DNA of 61,767 bases, counting the filler. It is 5 parts of 5 records of this genome, joined end to end, with 100 filler letters (N's around TTAATTAATTAA, not from the genome) between each part and the next. Parts side by side here need not be neighbours in the genome. Positions count along the whole stretch, not along the records: positions 50,779 to 61,767 come from SRR31156797_917; 4 more parts are not named here. The stretch is one strand, 5' to 3'. A model generated the notes under the pieces. That model ran no database searches and had not been told where the DNA came from. It saw only the letters and a program-made list of their open reading frames with translations. The translations under genes were made by a program, and so were the position numbers. Of this stretch, positions 61,767 through 61,767 are shown one piece after another; position 1 is the stretch's first letter, and each line of letters opens with the position of its first letter.

Positions 61767-61767
61767 G

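Overview
This window is not one locus. It joins five unrelated contigs with artificial 100-nt spacers (N44-TTAATTAATTAA-N44) at 8076-8175, 34463-34562, 41898-41997 and 50679-50778. (1) 1-8075: an AT-rich anaerobe (Fusobacteriota/Clostridia-like, inferred). It carries a GlcNAc/MurNAc operon (nagE, nagR, murQ, nagA, nagB), accessory genes, an unannotated 36-aa Cys-rich protein and REP-like hairpins. (2) 8176-34462: Enterococcus-like core chromosome (glgB, ppaC, pflAB, parCE, plsY, codY-hslUV-xerC, trmFO, topA, dprA, rnhB, rbgA) with an NfeD-like/flotillin pair between trmFO and xerC. (3) 34563-41897: a Desulfobacterota-like contig with a nitronate-monooxygenase-family flavoprotein, a BbsA/BbsB-like DUF35/thiolase pair, an acyl-CoA ligase, a CocE/NonD hydrolase, a Crp-like regulator and a terminal IS200/IS605-like hairpin element. 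(4) 41998-50678: the late region of a divergent T4-like phage. It encodes a tail fibre plus two probable chaperones, a C39-peptidase lysis-like cassette, a gp20 portal, a gp21-like protease fused to a scaffold, and a gp23 capsid protein. All four large intergenic gaps carry a non-canonical ACTATTAA motif, and the portal and protease genes share a near-identical ~45-nt promoter-leader. (5) 50779-61767: a GC-rich alphaproteobacterial contig with a CoA-transferase, LysE, a REC-GGDEF protein and an inositol-type ABC/dehydrogenase locus. The phage contig holds the most novel signals. All calls come from motif recognition by eye; no searches were run.
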